Source of the DNA: Octopus vulgaris | Lineage: Eukaryota | Direction of reading: 5' to 3' | NCBI GenBank assembly: GCA_951406725.2 | Contig: OX597831.1 | Span: forward strand, 28,892,001 to 28,956,000 | Length of the DNA stretch: 64,000 bases | Shown here: positions 27,749-39,995 of the stretch, one piece after another | Layout: the number at the start of each line of letters is the position of its first letter | How positions within the stretch are numbered: position 1 is the stretch's first letter | The notes under the pieces: generated by a model | What the model was told of the DNA's origin: nothing | The model's database searches: none | Seen by the model: the letters and a program-made list of their open reading frames with translations, nothing else | Program-made: the position numbers and the translations under genes

Positions 27749-28922
27749 CCCTTTTTACAATAGGCACAAGACTTGAAATTTTGGGGGAGCAGGGGGGTGG
27801 CTAGTCAATTTTATTGACTTCAGTACTTGACTGGTACTCACTTTATCGCTCCCAAAAGAATGAAGGACACAATCAATGCTGGCAGAAATTGGAAACAGAG
27901 TGGAAAGATGGACAAAATGCTGTGAAATATTTTGTCCAATGTGCTAACGATTCTACCAGTTCATTGCCTAATGATAATAATAGTATCAATAATAATAATA
28001 TATCATGTACATTGTTTTGTCTTGGTATAAAAGATGAGCTACAGCAAATATTCTGCTCAATACCACAGATTTGCTTGTCAGTTGTTTGACATTAACCATT
28101 TCAGCATGTCCCTTAGTGGCTGATGATATGTGCATCTCTGATCACAAGCATAATTTGTGGGGGAGCATCATAGCCATGTGTTGAAAGGTAGAGGATTGGA
28201 TAATTCACATTTGGAAACATAGGTGTTTCGTTCAACATCCTTAAACAATCCTTATTCAGGGACCTTTTGAGTGGGATGGGCTACTCTACCAGAAGAAAAC
28301 TCTAACTGGGCCCCACTTGCAAGGTCATGCACTGTTTATCTTGATATGAGATCACCATATCGCGCATACATGGTTATGATGCATGTGCCTGGTGTACCCT
28401 TATCAGACGGGTAGTCATGATGGGTATAATGGGCTTCGTATATTTTACCCCAATGTCACTTTGATGGCATGCACTGCTTTCTCACTCAATAATAATAATA
28501 ATAATCTGCTGTAGGCACAAGGCCTGAAATTTTGGGGGATGGGACTAGTCAATTACATCGACCCCACTGTTTCACTGGTACTTAATTTATTGACCCCAAA
28601 AGGATGAAAGGCAAAGTTGACCTGAGCGGAATTTGAACTCAGAATGTAGCAAATATTGCTAATGGTGAAATACTGGTAAGCATCTCATCCAGTCTGCTAA
28701 TGATTCTGCCAGCTCGCCACCTTGATAATAATAATAACAATAATGCCTTCAAATTTTAGCACAAGGCCAGCAAGATCAGGGCGGGGCTAAGTCAACTGAA
28801 TCAACTCTAGTACTCAACTGGTACTCGTTTTATCGATCCCAGAAGGATGAAAGGCAAAGTCCACCTTGGCAGAATTTGAACTCAGAATATAAAAACAAAC
28901 GATTCTGCCAGCTTGCCACCTT

Positions 28923-28963
<41 letters not shown>

Positions 28964-31900
28964 TAGCTAATAACTAATACAATACAAAGTACACTAGTTA
29001 GGGATATTTTAAAATATTTTCTCTTTATCTTTCATTAATTAATATTTTTCTTTACTACAATTACATAAAAAAATATTAATACTTATGTAAGAAAAAAATA
29101 TATTTAAAACATGTGAGAGGTATATAATTTAAGATATCCATGATGAGATATTTAAGATAAACTTGACAAGAGATTAAGATATACACGAGAAGAGTATGTT
29201 CAAGATTAACATTTGTGAGGTGTGTACTTAAGACATACAGGTGAGCAGTTAATACCCATATGATAGAAGTATATTTAAGACGTACAATTATGGGATGTCT
29301 ATAAGTAATGCATATATGAGAGGTTAAGATATATGTAAGGGGAATATACATAAGACACAGCTGCACAACCAGCATAAAGAATATTATTGTGGGGAGCATG
29401 GTTTGTGCAGAGCCAGTCCTATTCACTCGTCCTTCAGACTTGCATTGGTCTGGTGGAACAAGTGCTATAAGCATTGTAATAGTCAGGAGGCAGGATTTAT
29501 ATGGAGTTGCATTCTCTTAAATGAGAAGCTAAGGAGCTGAAAGACCTCATCTTTAAGGCATATATCTGAGATGTATATATTTAAGGACAAAGTCGGGGAA
29601 GATGTTTAAGACATTAAAGAGAAGCCATATATAAGAAACATACCTTCACCAGCTTTTAGTTTGCGAGCATATACTTTGAGTGTCTTCTTCAATTTTCTGA
29701 TCTGTTCAGTTTGTTTGCTGACAGTTTCACGTAATTCCTGGAAAGAAAGTGAAATGTGTGTGTATATATGGGCAAAATATAGAGAATGTATATAATGGTC
29801 CCTTTACAGAGAGAGCACTTAGATAAAGGTGTAACAGTTTGAACAATACATATGTGTGTATGCATATTTAAATTTGCATATATGAACTTTAATGCTTTCC
29901 AAAATAAAGATACACTTCATTTATAATGGCTCTGAAGAGGTTGTAAAATGTCACCCAAGCCCTCAGCTCTGAGTGCAATGGTTCTTGATTATAGTAGAAA
30001 CAACTGTAAGCTTATGAAGTTGATTACAAAAAAATTTGGATTGTTCATATTTTGAACTCTGATTAAAAAAAAAAATTTGAAAAAATTAAAAAATTTTTTT
30101 TTGTAATTCAAAAATTTTAAGAAAAAATTTTTTTTTTCATAATTGTATGAATTTCCATGTATAGAATAAATAAGCAAAAATTTTCTGAAAATTCCCCGAA
30201 ATGGAAAAAAAAGTTACAAGGGATTATAATAGGGTGCTTGAAGCAGAAATCTGCCTTAAAATGAACCACGGGGTGGAGACATTTTGTCATCGGCATCATT
30301 GACAATGAAGACAACGATGGATGCTTATAATCAGGAAATAAATACAAGGAAGAACATACCAAGTTCTCTGTTGTGATTCGTATGATGTCTTGTCCCATAG
30401 TAACACTGATTTCATCACCGGTTTTAGATGACAGGTTCTAGAAATGGAAAATGATAAACAAATGATGAAATGAAACAAAGATAATTAAAGTGACAAAGCT
30501 ACTAGGATTAATTGCTTGGAACGAGTTGTAATTAAGATTATAATTTCCCGGATTACTAATCACAACTACACACAGTCTATTTTAACAATATTTATATATT
30601 CATATTATTAACCTCATCTTCACAGTGTGTGTGTGTGTGTGTTTACATACATGTATTATTCATTTACAAGAATGGTGTTGATAGTGACTTTGAAGTATAA
30701 TAAATATGTACTCAACAAAAAGTATTGAGTAATATTTCAGTTTAATGTAAAATTGTTGTTATAGCTTGAGTTATATAGGTGCAGGAGTGGCTGTGTGGTA
30801 AGTAGGTTGCTTACCAACCACATGGTTCCGGGTTCAGTCCCACTGCGTGGCACTTTGGGCAAGTGTCTTCTACTATAGCCTTGGGCCGACCAAAGCCTTG
30901 TGAGTGGATTTGGTAGACACAAACTGAAAGAAGCCTGTCGTATATATATATATTGTTGTTGTTGTTGTGTATGTGTTTGTATGTCTGTGTTTGTCCCCCC
31001 AACATCGCTTGAAAACCGATGCTAGTATATTTACGTCCCCGTAACTTAGCGGTTCAGCAAAAGAGACTGATAGAATAAGTACTAGGCTTACAAAGAATAA
31101 GCCCTGGGGTCGATTTGCTCAACTAAAGGCAGTGCTCCAGCATGGCTGCAGTCAAATGACTGAAACAAGTAAAAGAGTATATATATATATATATATATAT
31201 ACATAAGAAATATTGAATTTCTAAATCTCTCGTAGAGACATGTACGGTGGTGGGGCGATAGAATGGTTGTATATTGTCAATCTAACAAGAATGTGACAGT
31301 AGGGGGTACACCACCGCTGTATAGCCCTAGGATGCATCGAACGCCTCCCAGCAGCCGGGGGTGTTTGTCTCCCCTTTGTATATCTATATAAGGACACAGG
31401 GAAAAAAATGTGTCAAAGCTATCAGGAGGCGTTCGATGCTTCCTAGGGCTATACAGCGGTGGTGTACCCCCTACTGTCACGTTCTTGTTAGATTGACAGT
31501 ATACAACCATTCTATATATATATATAGGAAAGGAAAAAATAATAACAATAAGGTAAAATGCTAAACTGAAAACAAATTTTAGTATACATGGGTGTAAGAA
31601 AAATTTTAAATTTTAAAAGCTTTTTCTTACACCCATGTATACTACAAACTTATAAAGAGGAAGAGTACAGTATATTACTGGTACTTTTTTCACCAACACA
31701 AACAAGGATGTTGAAAAGCAGGGGCACATAACCGAGGACCACAAATACATTGCCTGGTGAAACATTATTTCACCATGGTCTATTATGACCAGATCTCAAC
31801 GGCCTCGATTTGGTAAAAATAACGTCAAATCTCCCTCAAATCACACTCTAGTTTTTTTAAAAAGCAGAAAGGACACAAAGAATGTTGTCTTCAAATATAT

Positions 31901-32237
31901 TAAACAACCACAAAAGCAAAAGAAAAACAGTTTAATCATGGCTGGGTTGCCTTTGATCGTTGGTCTGTTTAACCAAGGCTGACCTGGGGGTTAGACAACA
32001 ACAACAACAACAACAACAAAAGCAATCATAAGGTAAAAGTTTTACAAATTTTGTTTAACACTCCATATAGAAATTACACAAAAACATGATTAGCGATATA
32101 CACAAGAAACCACACACACACACACACACATAAACACACATACACATATAGATATGTGCATATATATAAACACATACATACATATATATATATATGTGCA
32201 TATATATATATATACACACACATATAAACACACATAC

Positions 32238-32271
<34 letters not shown>

Positions 32272-35200
32272 GCATATATATAAAGATACACATACATATA
32301 TATATATAAATAGATATATATATATACACACACACATATATAAATATATATATATACATACACATGTGCATGCACACGCACACACACATACATACACACA
32401 CACACACACACAATATTAGTAGACTGGCAGAAATGGTAGAGCACCAGACAAAATTTCTGTGCACCATTTAATGATGGCCCCTTATATTCTGAGTTCAAAG
32501 CTCTTAAGGTCAGTTTTTGTTGTCCATCTTTCTATCGGTCAATAACATCAAAATGCTTGATCAAGTACCGGGGTTGATTTAATCAATTTACACACCCACC
32601 CTTACGAAATACAAGGCCCTGTGAATTGAAGGTCAACTCATATAAAGGAGTAAATAAGGGTCAGTAAGAATAGGAGAACCTAACAGAAATATAGAGAGAT
32701 ACTATCTTGAAGTCCCTTAAAGTCAGGTAGAGAACAGTATAGAGGAGAAGGGACAAAGTTGATGATATTGCTTTCAAGGGCCACCATGTACTCTCTTTAG
32801 TTTTGTCTATTCTGAGTTTCTCTTTTACTCTCTATGTAGTTGCTATATTGTATTCCCTGCCATAAAGTCAAACTTTTCAGCTAAAAATTTACAGATAAAT
32901 CTTAAGTAGGCCAACTTATACACCAAAATGACTTTGCAGGACAAACAATCCCGTTTGAAATGTAGCAGGAATTTGAAAGACAGTGATTGTCTTTGAATGT
33001 TTATGCTACATGTTTATACTATATGCTACATTGACTTGTATGTCAGGAAATACAATGCAACACAAATAATATGGATTGATACACAAATGTCATCATAACA
33101 TTTTGTAAAACTTATGACAGAGTGAAACATATATGACAGTTTACGATAATCATATGTCATAACAAAAATGTGATGTTACAACATCACAAGACAGCATTTA
33201 CTGTATTTTCATGCAAACAAGTCTAATTTCTCAAACAAAACTTTAAGCCAAAAATGGTAGGTTGACTCTGGAGGACCCACCTGGACGGGACACTGGTCCA
33301 TCACAGGTGAGCTGCAAGATGCAGGAGGAAAGAGTGAGAGAAAGTTGTGGCGAAAGAGTCAGCAGAAGTTCACCATTACCTTCTGCCAGATCTGCGTGGA
33401 GCTTAGGTGTTTCGCTCATAAACACACACATCGCATATGAGATTTGAAACCGCGACCCCTCGACCACAAGTCCGCTGCTCTAATAACTAGGCCATGTGCT
33501 TCCACACAGAATGAAATGTATATGACAGGTTATGATTCTCATTTGTCATAACAAAAATATGATGTTACATCACAACTTCACTTAAGACAACAGTTACAGT
33601 ATTTTCCGGTACATAAGCTGAATTTTTCAGACCAAGATTTATTACCAAAAATGTTAAGTTGACTTATGCAGTAAAACAACTTTGGAAGACTAAAAATTCC
33701 ACGTGAAATGTAGCAGGATAGTTGTCTTGCATACCACAAAATATATAGCATCCTTTTTCTCTTTGCAATGTTCTCAGCAAAGTAGAGCTAGGTATTCCTG
33801 ATCATATGTTGCCCTGGATTATAACAAACCTCTTAAGATTAAGAAGTTTGTGTGTGTGTGTGTGTTAAAGTCAATATAATACCCGCAGTACTTGACAGGT
33901 ACTAAATTTATGGATCACAGAAAATTGAAGCAGACACAAATGTCATACGGAGATCATTGTAACATGTCATATGATACACTAAAATTCTACCCAGTGTTAT
34001 AGCACAAGCCAAGGGACATTATTCTACTTGGCTCAGTCTGCTTAGCTCCATACATAAACCACATTTAACTATTTGGCATTCAGGTTATTCTGTCAGCTTT
34101 GATATTTCAATGATGTGATTGCTTATTTTTAGAATGACATTGTAAGGTATGTGTGAGAGGCAAACTCTGGCCAGTTTGAAAATAAGACGCATAGCATATT
34201 TGGGCTGGATATAGCCAGTTTAAATGCAAAAGGGTTAAATTTTCATAGCTGGGCATTTAATGTTAAAGAAGATATCCAGTTGTCACACTTTGGCACCAAT
34301 TCATTGTGACAAGTGCACATTTTTCCAAACAACTACCATAAATCCTCAAGTATAGTCCGCCCTTGAGTATAATACACAGGTGATTTTTAGGGGGCTGTAC
34401 CTCTGAAAAACCTAAGCCTTGTGTATAATACACACCCCTTCTTTAACTTGAGTCAAGGAGGTCTATATAACGTTCTTGGTTTGTAAAAATGTATACGGTA
34501 ATGTACTTTATTATTATTGTATATATAACATAATGCAAACATGTAGCTTTTTTGAGCATTTTGTTTGCAGAAAATAAAAAAATAACAGTAATAACAGTAA
34601 TAACTGTTGCTTACTGCAAGTTATGGATGATTCTTTTATGACTTCATTGCTTTCAGGCTTAGCTTAAGGTATTTTCGCGCCTGACATTGCAAAATGCGTC
34701 TGAATAAAAATTGCCAGACAGCAAATAGAGACTCGGACAGTGAATAGAAGGTATTTTTCAATTTTAACCTTGAATATAGTACACACTAGGGATTTTGACC
34801 GTGAAATTTTGGGGAAAAAATGCGGATTATACTTGAGGATTTACGGTATATCATTACCAAATTTGCTAAGAATGCTGATGTGAGAAAAATAAAAATAGTA
34901 AGAAATAGTGAAAATTAGTAAATTCTTTAGGAGGAAGTATCTCCTAAGTCTGCTACATACCAGACAACATTGTATGATAGGACAATGGCCATCAATTGCT
35001 GGTAATTAAAAGCTGTCCATCATTCTTCATCATTATTAGGTTTTGAACTCAAAACCTTAAAGACAGATGAAATGCTGCTAAGCATTTTGACCTTCATGCT
35101 AACAGTTTTGCTGGCTTGCTACCTTAACAATAATAACTATGATTTAAAAAAAAATTTGGTACAAGGCCACCAGTTTTTGAGGGGAGGGGCAGCTGACTAC

Positions 35201-36127
35201 ATCCACCCCAGTGATCAAGTGGCACTTTGTCTTACCAGCTTTGAAAGTATGAGGGGTAAAGTCAACTGCAAATGATTTCTTTTATTTGCCACAGGGACAC
35301 AGATGAAGGGGTCAGTATAGCTGATTAACTTACTTAGTATTCTATTTTCTCAATCCCAAGAAGGGATGAAAGGTAGAGTCAACCCAGGCAGAATTTGAAC
35401 TCAGAATGTAAAAAGACATAACGAAAAATGCCACAAGGCATTTTGTATGATGCTCTAATGTTACCACCACCCTAAATAACAACAACAACAACAACACATT
35501 AATAGTTTCATGCAATGAAATGCATCTAGGAAAAACAAAAATCAGTGCACACACACACATACACACAAACACACAGAGTCAGTTTTCTGAAAACATCTTG
35601 GTGAGGGGAAATAATCTGTGCAGAAAATACACGCATGCACGGCTTGCTGCGATATTGCACTAAACCATCTAACATGCAGAATTAAACAGCAAAAAAAAAA
35701 AAGTGGGTAGGGTTAAGGTCAGAAGTGAAACAAACAGTGTTAGAATGTACACAGTTTAAAATAATCCCATGTCTACAACATGCAAATCTATCCAAACTCA
35801 CAAACTACCCGTTTTTTTGTCACTGCAAACAGCAACAATAACAACATCTCCAACACCACTGCCTTCGCTTCCAATGAGTTAATTTTTCAAGCCTGAGAGA
35901 TGTTGCAAGGAAATTGTTGGAGGCTTGCTGAGAAAGAAAGTCATGACATCTGGCGCAAGAAAGAGAGAGTGAGGATGAGTGGTGCAACAGATACTTTATT
36001 TTATCAACCTTGAAAGGATGAAAGGCAAAGTTGACCTTGGCAGAATTTGAACTCAGAATGTAAACCTGAAAAAAATGCTGTCAAAGCATATTTTCCAGTG
36101 TGCTAATGAATTGCCCATCGCACCACC

Positions 36128-36159
<32 letters not shown>

Positions 36160-39100
36160 CTTTTCTACTACAGGGAAAGGCCTGAAATTTTGTGGAGGGA
36201 GATAGTCAATTACATCAAGCCCAGATTCAACTGGTACTTAATTTATCGACCCCAAAAGGATGAAAGGTAAAGTCGACCTTGTTGGGTTTCTTGCTTGAGG
36301 AGGTATAGTTCATCAATGTAGACAGCAGGAAGACCTTATAATTGATGAATGTTGCATTAGTGGTCAGTTAAAAATTTCCTCTCATATAAAAACTCTTAAA
36401 CCAAAGAAAAAGAGTTGTAAGAGCAACAACAGTTACAATGATCAGGGTTTTTTTCAATTTTTAGTTATGGAGTGGTGCAGCAAGAACTAGTGTTGGGGAT
36501 GATAGCAACATCTGGCCCAGAGTTGCAACATGTGACTCAACAAATCTCATGGGGCCAAAACATCTACAGAATTCCCTTCACCACCTGATGAGACATTGAT
36601 TCCTGCATTCAGAGACAAAGTACAATAGCAACCTGAGCACACAAGTGTTTACCCTAAATGTTAATTTTTCTTATTTTTAAGAGTGTTGAAGGGGAGGGGC
36701 ACTATTAGACAAGCTGTCATTTATAAATTATTTAGACATAGGCTGACTTCTTATCATCAATAGAGCCCCTATTTTGTTTTTTGGACGTTAAGTTGTTCCT
36801 ACCTTTTTATAACATGTGGGGTCCCTACACTCTTCTTTGAAAGTCAGAATCCCAAGACCTTGGCCCTTGATTTAACTTCTTAAACAAACTGCCAAACTGT
36901 TAGAGCATGCCTAAGCCCAAGAGATTTTTTTTATAAGAAGGATCAGTAATCAGTACTTTGTCCCATTGCTTCAGTGTTAAATAGATGTGGAACCTCTTGT
37001 TGAAGGTTTCCATGTCATGACCTGAGTCGTGAGGTCAAATTTACAGATGAGATGGCGATGACTGAATCCTTTAATCATTAGTCTATTGGGTCATGGATAT
37101 CCTGGGACTATATACAAGGAGATGCTGAGAAGTTCTTGGCTTTGGGTAAAAGAAAATACAGGAGGATCAATTAATTATGATTTTATTCAACACATTCCCC
37201 TCTCAGATTCACTGATTTATTGCAGCTGTCCTTCAGTTTTTCTAAGCCCTGTATAAGAACTTGGAAGGTTGGGCTTCCAAGCAGGCCTTTTGTAATACCC
37301 TTAAAGCCAAGAACTTTTCAGCAACTCCTCATAAGGACACACTAAATAATGTGGTCTTAGATACACTATATCTAAATAAAATGCAGGATGGTCACAGTTG
37401 TAATAATTCTCATCATTTGACCTAGGGCAGATCTGGGACAGCATAAAACCTATTAACCATCTTTAAAGCACACTATTTACTCAGAGTTGTAATTGGGAAC
37501 TATTTCCTTACACACACACAAATATATACACACACAAGTTTTAAACTAGTGTCATGGTAGGAAAAAATACACAAACAAAAACTAAACAACAACAAAAATG
37601 GTATAATGATTAATGAAACTACATGCTGACTAATGATTAATCATGCCACATGCTGGTTAAGACGGAAGGACAAAGAGAGACAGACATGTAGCATGATGTA
37701 GATATATACATACTGTTGCAATTGAATTAAGCTGAAATTAAACATCATATAAGATATTATTCAATATGTGAACAAGAAAGATTAACAACAACAACAGCAG
37801 CAACTAAATTATCATAGAAATACAACAGGAACCAAATCTTTTCATTGCAATTCATTCTGAAATAATAATAATCTTCTGCAGACTTAATAACTGACAAATC
37901 ATCACTCTTCCTCTTCCTCCACATCATCATCATCACCACCACCACCACCACAACCACATCATTTCAAGTCCACTCTTCCATGCTTGCAGAGGTTGGATGG
38001 AATTAGTTGAAGCAGGTTTTGAATGGCTGGATGCCCTTCCTATTGCCAACCCTCACCTGTTTCCAAGTAAAGTAATGTTATGCGGAAGGTAGCAGTTTTG
38101 CTGATAAAATCATCCGTTGTTTGTTATCGATGCTAATCAATTTTAGCAGAATTTTGAATCAATGACATTGGTGGCAAAATTTCATTCTGTTTTCTCGCCA
38201 AAAAATATTTGCATGTTCATATATACAGTAAAGAAACATGAATGGATAGCTCAAAACATTGCTATACTCATTTCAATAAAGTGGTTATTTATTCAATAAT
38301 ATATAATAATTACAAGATATTACATAATTTAACATTATTGTATAGCCACTCCATTTCATCAGGCAATATTCGGCGATTATTTTTATATATCTTTTTACAG
38401 TCTCTTTTTATGTATCTACATATCTTGTGACACCAACAAGATCAATGTCTAGCTTGGCTAAACAAAATCAAGTGTCCCTTGTACACACTGTTTTACCTAG
38501 CCAAACATTATAGAATCACCGAGATGGTCAGTTTGATGGCCATTAAGTCCTCAGCACACACAGTCTTGCTTAGCTGAACACAACACAGTGATATAGCCAA
38601 CACTACACTAGCCATCATGTCGATGTTTCCTCCGTAATAAAGATAGTTTGCCAACATAACATGGCAGTCCTGGTCTAGGCCTAACGTTGCTGTAATTTAG
38701 CCCCAGGAGGCCTTGTTCAAAAATATAAGAACACAGATCATGTCATATAGCAGGCTGGGGGTTAAATTACAGCAACATTAGTCCTAGACCAGGACTGCCA
38801 TGTTATGTTGGCAAACAATCTTTACTACAAAGTACTGTTGCTGAATATCTCACATTTTGAGATTTAAAAATAGTAATTTTCTAATGTTTCCTTCATACAG
38901 GAAGTAATTCAAGAAATATAAATTAGTCAGGAGAGTATTGTAGTTTGCTTGAAGCATTGTTTATTGTTTGTAAAGAATAAAATGTTTTGAATGGCACAAC
39001 AATGCACTTATAATACAAACAATGGACTATAATAGCTGTAGTAATTTAATCATCCATAGTCTGATATGATATTTCGGAATAAAATTCTGTCTTCAGAAAT

Positions 39101-39733
39101 ATCTGAAGAAGGAATTTTATTACAACAGTTATTATAGTGCATTGTTTATATTAGAGTGCATTACTCTCTTTCTTTCTCTCTTTACTCTCTTTTACTTGTT
39201 TCAGTCATTTGACTGCGGCCATGCTGGAGCACCGCCTTTAGTCGAGCAAATCGACCCCGGGACTTATTCTTTGTAAGCCCAGTACTTATTCTATCGGTCT
39301 CTTTTGCCGAACCGCTAAGTGACGGGGACGTAAACACACACCAGCATCGGTTGTCAAGCAATGCTAGGGGGACAAACACATACATATATATATATATATA
39401 CGACAGGCTTCTTTCAGTTTCCGTCTACCAAATCCACTCACAAGGCATTGGTCGGCCCGGGGCTATAGCAGAAGACACTTGCCCAAGATGCCACGCAGTG
39501 GGATTGAACCCAGAACCATGTGGTTGGTTAGCAAGCTACTTACCACACAGCCACTCCTGCGCATTGCTGTCATTCAAAATATTTTATTCTTTATAAATTA
39601 GTCAGTTGGAATAATTTAGAATATTTAATTTCTTATTAGAGAGTTAAAGCTGACCAACAAGTAATGGTCAATCCCCTGACACAAAGGTACCCACCTATCT
39701 AACTTTTCAATCTTCTGAAAATGTTTATGTCAA

Positions 39734-39775
<42 letters not shown>

Positions 39776-39964
39776 GCAGAAGGGTACTTGAGAGTTGGCA
39801 GGCAACACCACTTCATACCTTCTCATACTAGTGTCTAAAATGAACAAAGTACACAAATCATACAATATACACGCAACCTTGAGCATGCATTCATACTATA
39901 TTTACAAACATATATATTATTTACAACTGAAATAATACAAAACCAGTAATAAACACTTAGAGAT

Positions 39965-39995
<31 letters not shown>

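Noticed and set aside
29738-30359. Search for an equivalent of vertebrate Myo5a exon F at the TENL|ELRE junction
   Set aside because: The candidate acceptors I checked run into stops; no phase 0-0 cassette seen.
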